From: Pavona decussata
Lineage: Eukaryota
Assembly: GCA_977016875.1 (NCBI GenBank)
Contig: CDRNST010000090.1
Coordinates: 2,108,001-2,172,000 of the forward strand
DNA: 64,000 nt
Direction of reading: 5' to 3'
Shown: positions 59,801-64,000 of the stretch, piece by piece
Layout: the number at the start of each line of letters is the position of its first letter
Numbering within the stretch: the stretch's first letter is position 1
Notes under the pieces: generated by a model
What the model saw: only the letters and a program-made list of their open reading frames with translations
What the model was told of the DNA's origin: nothing
Databases searched by the model: none
Program-made: the position numbers and the translations under genes

Positions 59801-62800
59801 TTAGTAATACTGTACATTAATTCCGCTGAAATATATAAGCAAGTAAGGCACTGAGCTTTAAGGACAGGAGGGAAGTTAGTTAACAAAATACGCGATAAAT
59901 CCACTTTAACAGCGTATGGAAATAAATCACTCTTCGTTGCAGTGCTACCAGGGCACACCTCTTAAAACTGGACAAAGTTATATCACAGTATAAATCAGTA
60001 TAATGTTTCAGGGTAGAGACTGGCGCCTTGCTAATTTCCGCGGTCATTAGAACGGCAGCAGAATATTATCTTTAGCATCTTTCACAAAATAAGGCCTTTG
60101 TCATAATGCAACTCTAAAATGACCAATGACAAGGGCAATATGAGGACGATATCAGACAAAACCTTCCTCTATTAGAACGTTAATAGCACAGTTGAGCTGC
60201 CTCAAGTCGTCTTCTTGTGTGCCGAAAAGAGTGAAAGTCTAATAACACAGGAAATTAAGGTTCTCACCTTAAAGTTTTGCCTTGATGTGTGACGTGATAC
60301 ACTGTAAATACTACGTGTTCACGAATGAGATATAAAGCGAGAAAAAACAACTACTCATCTTATGTTACCTTCCAAGCGCTGATCACAGCAGACAGAAGAC
60401 GTTGTTGATGATGGAGATCAGCTCGCACCTGTTTCTGCCATTTTACCTGCCTGTGCTGAACAAACTGCAACAATCGCAAAACATTTGAAAATTGTTCTCA
60501 TAGAGCAGGACGTGGCTGCAAATTCTTATTTGAGAACAAAATATCTGGTGATTCGTAAGAAGATTCAACAGCTGGACCTAAGAACTGTATATCGACTTAC
60601 TTGTTTCCAAGCTCCCCAGGTCTTCTTTAGAAGGCGGATGTAGTAATGCCTCAATGATGACCGCTGTACAGAACGGCTGTTACAAGAAAACAAACAGAAC
60701 CATAAAGTTATGTGTTATGTCTATAACGTTTTATAACTACTAAGACAAGCAACAATTCTTCTAGGGATATTCAAGTGCGTGATCACACCAGTGCGTGCAA
60801 AAATCGTCCCTCGCGAGGGGACGCGCGAGGATAAGCGGCACACAGGGAGGATGGTGTTTTTTGTTTTTGTTTTTTAATTTTTTTTTTGCGTGAGACGATT
60901 TTCGCACGCACATGTATCCCTGTGAGAAAAAATAAACTTAAAAAAAGAAAATACTCTTAATGAGTATTCCGTTAAACGAATCCCATGGACAGTAGAATAA
61001 CTAACAAAAACTTGAACTTTTCGATTTTAATTACTTTCAAATAATTATTGTTTGATGTAAATAATTAGAAAAACCTTCACCATGTTGGCTCAACAAACTG
61101 GTTCGCCCAAAACAATCAGCCTGTTATGTATAATAGATTGTAAATGTATGTTTCTTAGCTTCTGATTGACAAGTTTTTCTGTTGTTTATGCAAGATTCCT
61201 GGTCTCCAGTGTATTGCTAGCTTAGTAAACCACTGATTCGTTTGTGTACCTTTGTTTCATTTCTCTGTTATACTCTCTCCATCTTTCAATTCCCATCAAA
61301 AGCAATCTTCGATTGTGATGATCATCTGCTTCGACCTTATGAACATTATGGAGACTTTATTAACATTTCAGCTATCTTGACGTAAACACACTCCCATAGC
61401 TAACAATTAAGGTAAGTTCATTTGTATAAACGATACAGAATTCAGAAGGCAATGCAGGAGGATAGGGTTTAATAGATACATTAGTGTGACGGTCAAGCAG
61501 AGGTCTAAACACTGCGGGAAATTAAACGGGCTACAGTTAAAATCTGCAATTAAAAAAACCAGTGGATTTGGAACCCGTAGGCTAAAATTTTGGGAATTTA
61601 TAGCAAAAACAGGTACGCATTACGTACATATGGGTAGTGCTGTGCACGCGCTGCGGACCTGTTTGTTTACGGACGGACACTCACTCACTCACTGACGACA
61701 TAGTGGGGTTGAGCACTACCCACAAAAACAGTTGCCTTTAAATATTGAAACAGCTTCTTCACTTGGAACATTAGGGTAAAGGCAAAAATATAAAAAAAAT
61801 AACATTATCCAGCAATAATAAATAATAACACAGAGGAGCTAGAGGACGGTTTGTATTTGTTCAGAATGTATAGGACCACACAATATTGAACCAGTTGTAA
61901 TGTTCCACGGGTAAGAAGCACCTTTTGCTCTGACAAAAATAAGAACCTATTTAAGAACCTAAACAGCCTGTATTCTCAGCAAGACCAAGGACCGGCCTAG
62001 CCTCCCACGCAGTCGTTTTTAGGGGACTCGTATTATCTCGTGGGGAGGAGGTAATACGAGTCACCTAAAAACGACTGCGTGGTAGGCTAGGACCAGCCTG
62101 GAGGGCTTTATGAATTCAGTTGTTGAACATCCCGGGAGGGGTACTCCTCGGAATTCTTGGTGGGGGTGTGCCGCCCGGGTCTTCAAATCCTGACCCTATT
62201 TCAGACCTAAACATGCCATTTTCCACACCCGTTTTCAGACCTGACCTCTAAAATTCATACCCGTTTTCAGACCTGATAATTATGCATCAGTGCCGAACGG
62301 AAGTTGACGCAAGGAGTAAAAGTAAGCTGGAATGACATAGTTTATCTATTTCTTTTTCTCGCTATCAGTTAGTCGTTCCAGTTACGTACTGAGAAGAAAA
62401 ATATGTTTGTAAGCTTTCGTAACTGTTCCCCGCCCCAAAAACCCGACCCGATTTCAGACCGTAATTGTCAAAATCTATACCCGTTTTCAGACCAAAACGG
62501 CTCAAAAACCATACCCTTTGGGGCGGCACATACCTATATACCTTATATAGGGGAGTACCCCCCCCCCCCCCGGGTTGAACATTAGCTCAACTGGGTAGAA
62601 AAATTAAATCTTTCCAAGCTATCAGAAGAAGATAGTTACCTCAAGCTCTCTTTCGTGCAGCTTTTCTCGCGCTCTTTGTACCCAGAACCGAAGGCAACGT
62701 CTTTTTATCACCTCATCATTATGAAGGATGGCCTACAGAAATGAACAACACCATCATATCTAAGTTGTTGTTTTTTATACCAACTCGTGGAAGAAAAAGA

Positions 62801-64000
62801 ACAAGAAACTCTTTTTGTTGTCGTTTTGACAGAGACAACACACACATTACTCAAACGTACAAACAGGATGCGAATCAGAATGTAAAATGAACGATAAGAC
62901 ATACTGAAGAAGTAATCATGAAAAATTAAGGGGGTTAGTCTCTAAAGAAACTGTGGTGCTGCGTCGGTTGGAAGAAGAAACAAAAGTTTGGTTTATCAAC
63001 AGAGTTGATAACTTAAGGTAAATTGTCTATACTGTAAAAATTACTTTATCAACTCTGTTGATAAAACCAAACATTCGTTATATGATGAAAACCCTGGCTT
63101 TTTCGGGGACAAAAACACAGGACCTCTTGGGCTTACACGAACGACAAAAGCATAAGGACCAGAACTCAGTAGAAACTTATGTGTAAACAGATGCAACGAA
63201 TGTATAAAGTCCTTATGATTTGTTCACGCTTGTGTGGGGTAATAGAGCAAGGAGAAAAATCGGACAGTTTGACCGTGCGATGCAGCGATGCAAGGATTAG
63301 TAAAATAGCAAAATAGGAAAAGGAAAGATTTCTTTTCTCTTAGTTTGTGTTTATGCTTGTGCAAGTTATACGACGTGTCAACTACGATGACGCAAACAAA
63401 AACATAAGCCTCAGGAAAGAATATAGAAACGACACGTTCGTTCTGTATTTCAATATGGCCACAGGCAAGGCTAGCTACGTCTTGTTGAGTCATATCGAAG
63501 TTTTTTCTGACTTGCACTCCTACTCATCGAGCATGTAAACGTCCTTGCAGTGCATTCGTACATATAAACCAGACTTCAGAAACAGGAAGGCTTAAAATAG
63601 ATAGGATTGGTGATGCTTTGATGCCAAGATATTTTATTTTCCAATGGAAGGATACCTTGCGCTCAGAATAAACGGAACAACAATTTTCAACATTGTACCA
63701 AGAAAACTTAAAATTATTAAGTTCGCTCGGAGTAAAAAAATTGCGTTCCTTTGAGAATGCTGTGTTCCTTTGAGTGTACTCTAGTGTTTCTAAACCAAAA
63801 TGAAAAAAGGCAGAATCGACCCTAGAGAATACGCCACTTATTTTGACCTGACAATGAATAAAAAGAGTCGATATTCCCTCATCCTGTGTAGAAGAAGGGG
63901 TTGACAAAGTGTTAGAGCCGTGGGAGCAGGCCCCTGAAAGTTGATTCGCGATATAAAGTCGAAGAATCGTACCATCCTTTCCATCATTCTGATGTCCATG
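50751..64000 (-). CDS. SFI1: SFI1 homolog (centrin-binding), 3' part. Exons 63973->64000, 62640-62732, 61250-61335, 60601-60676, 60369-60464, 59692-59768, 59391-59493, 58426-58522, 57765-57925, 57334-57408, 56748-56822, 55730-55849, 55388-55444, 55069-55265, 54175-54488, 51844-52423, 51241-51355, 50751-50861
   Basis: All introns are GT-AG with compatible phases and one open frame to TAG at 50751-50753. Repeated Sfi1 motifs (A..H....LL...+..W, e.g. ADLHHQQRLLSAVISAWK). ALWHWSINLQGK, AAHSVHRCVYRCAIHWRR, RPRPRKPDYL and the terminal coiled coil match my recollection of the vertebrate SFI1 C-terminus. Confidence 0.88.
53238..53800 (+). mobile_element. 5'-truncated CRE-like (RLE-type) non-LTR retrotransposon in an (ATT)n tract
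   Basis: Encodes [55 protein letters not shown]...TAA (53484), then an AT-rich 3' UTR. (ATT)n on both sides at 53200-53237 and ~53802-53864. Confidence 0.7.
55519..55695. mobile_element. Intronic MITE
   Basis: TIR aataggccatttccgagttgct / agcaattcagaaatggcctatt with further internal palindromy. Confidence 0.7.
58540..58688. repeat. Local tandem duplication, ~82-bp period, 2 copies
   Basis: cccagacaaca...actgtagct(c/t)ttggaagttaaggtg occurs at ~58540 and ~58622. Confidence 0.7.
61998..62089. mobile_element. 92-bp hairpin mini-MITE with 9-bp TSD
   Basis: tagcctcccacgcagtcgtttttagg ... cctaaaaacgactgcgtggtaggcta; flanks ggaccggcc / ggaccagcc. Confidence 0.8.
62131..62574. mobile_element. MITE with CCCGGG termini and 8-bp TSD
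   Basis: cccgggaggggtactcc ... ggagtacccccccccccccggg; TSD ttgaacat at 62123-62130 and 62575-62582; internal ccgttttcagacc repeats. Confidence 0.85.

Overview
Eukaryotic (animal) genomic DNA. The intron-rich gene and the repeat families suggest a cnidarian, probably a stony coral; this is an inference. The right end (50.7-64 kb) holds the last 18 visible exons of a minus-strand SFI1 (centrin-binding) gene, which I spliced by hand in one open frame. Downstream on the same strand is a tandem array of intronless RING-Bbox-Bbox-coiled-coil-filamin-NHL (TRIM-NHL, TRIM2/3/71-like) genes: three intact copies and one frameshifted partial copy. The array grew by segmental duplications that also copied the 3' exons of SFI1, leaving two pseudogene fragments that share a stop codon. 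Many transposons are inserted in the array: two BEL/Pao LTR elements, a Gmr1-type Gypsy (integrase before RT) containing a full-length Tx1/L1 LINE, a tRNA-SINE, a CRE-like fragment in an (ATT)n tract and many MITEs. Several insertions can be checked against empty sites in the paralogous unit. Main signal: TRIM paralogues are near-identical across the B-box1 and filamin segments but differ radically at the two equivalent top-face loops of each NHL blade. This looks like a birth-and-death family of variable-recognition E3 ligases.
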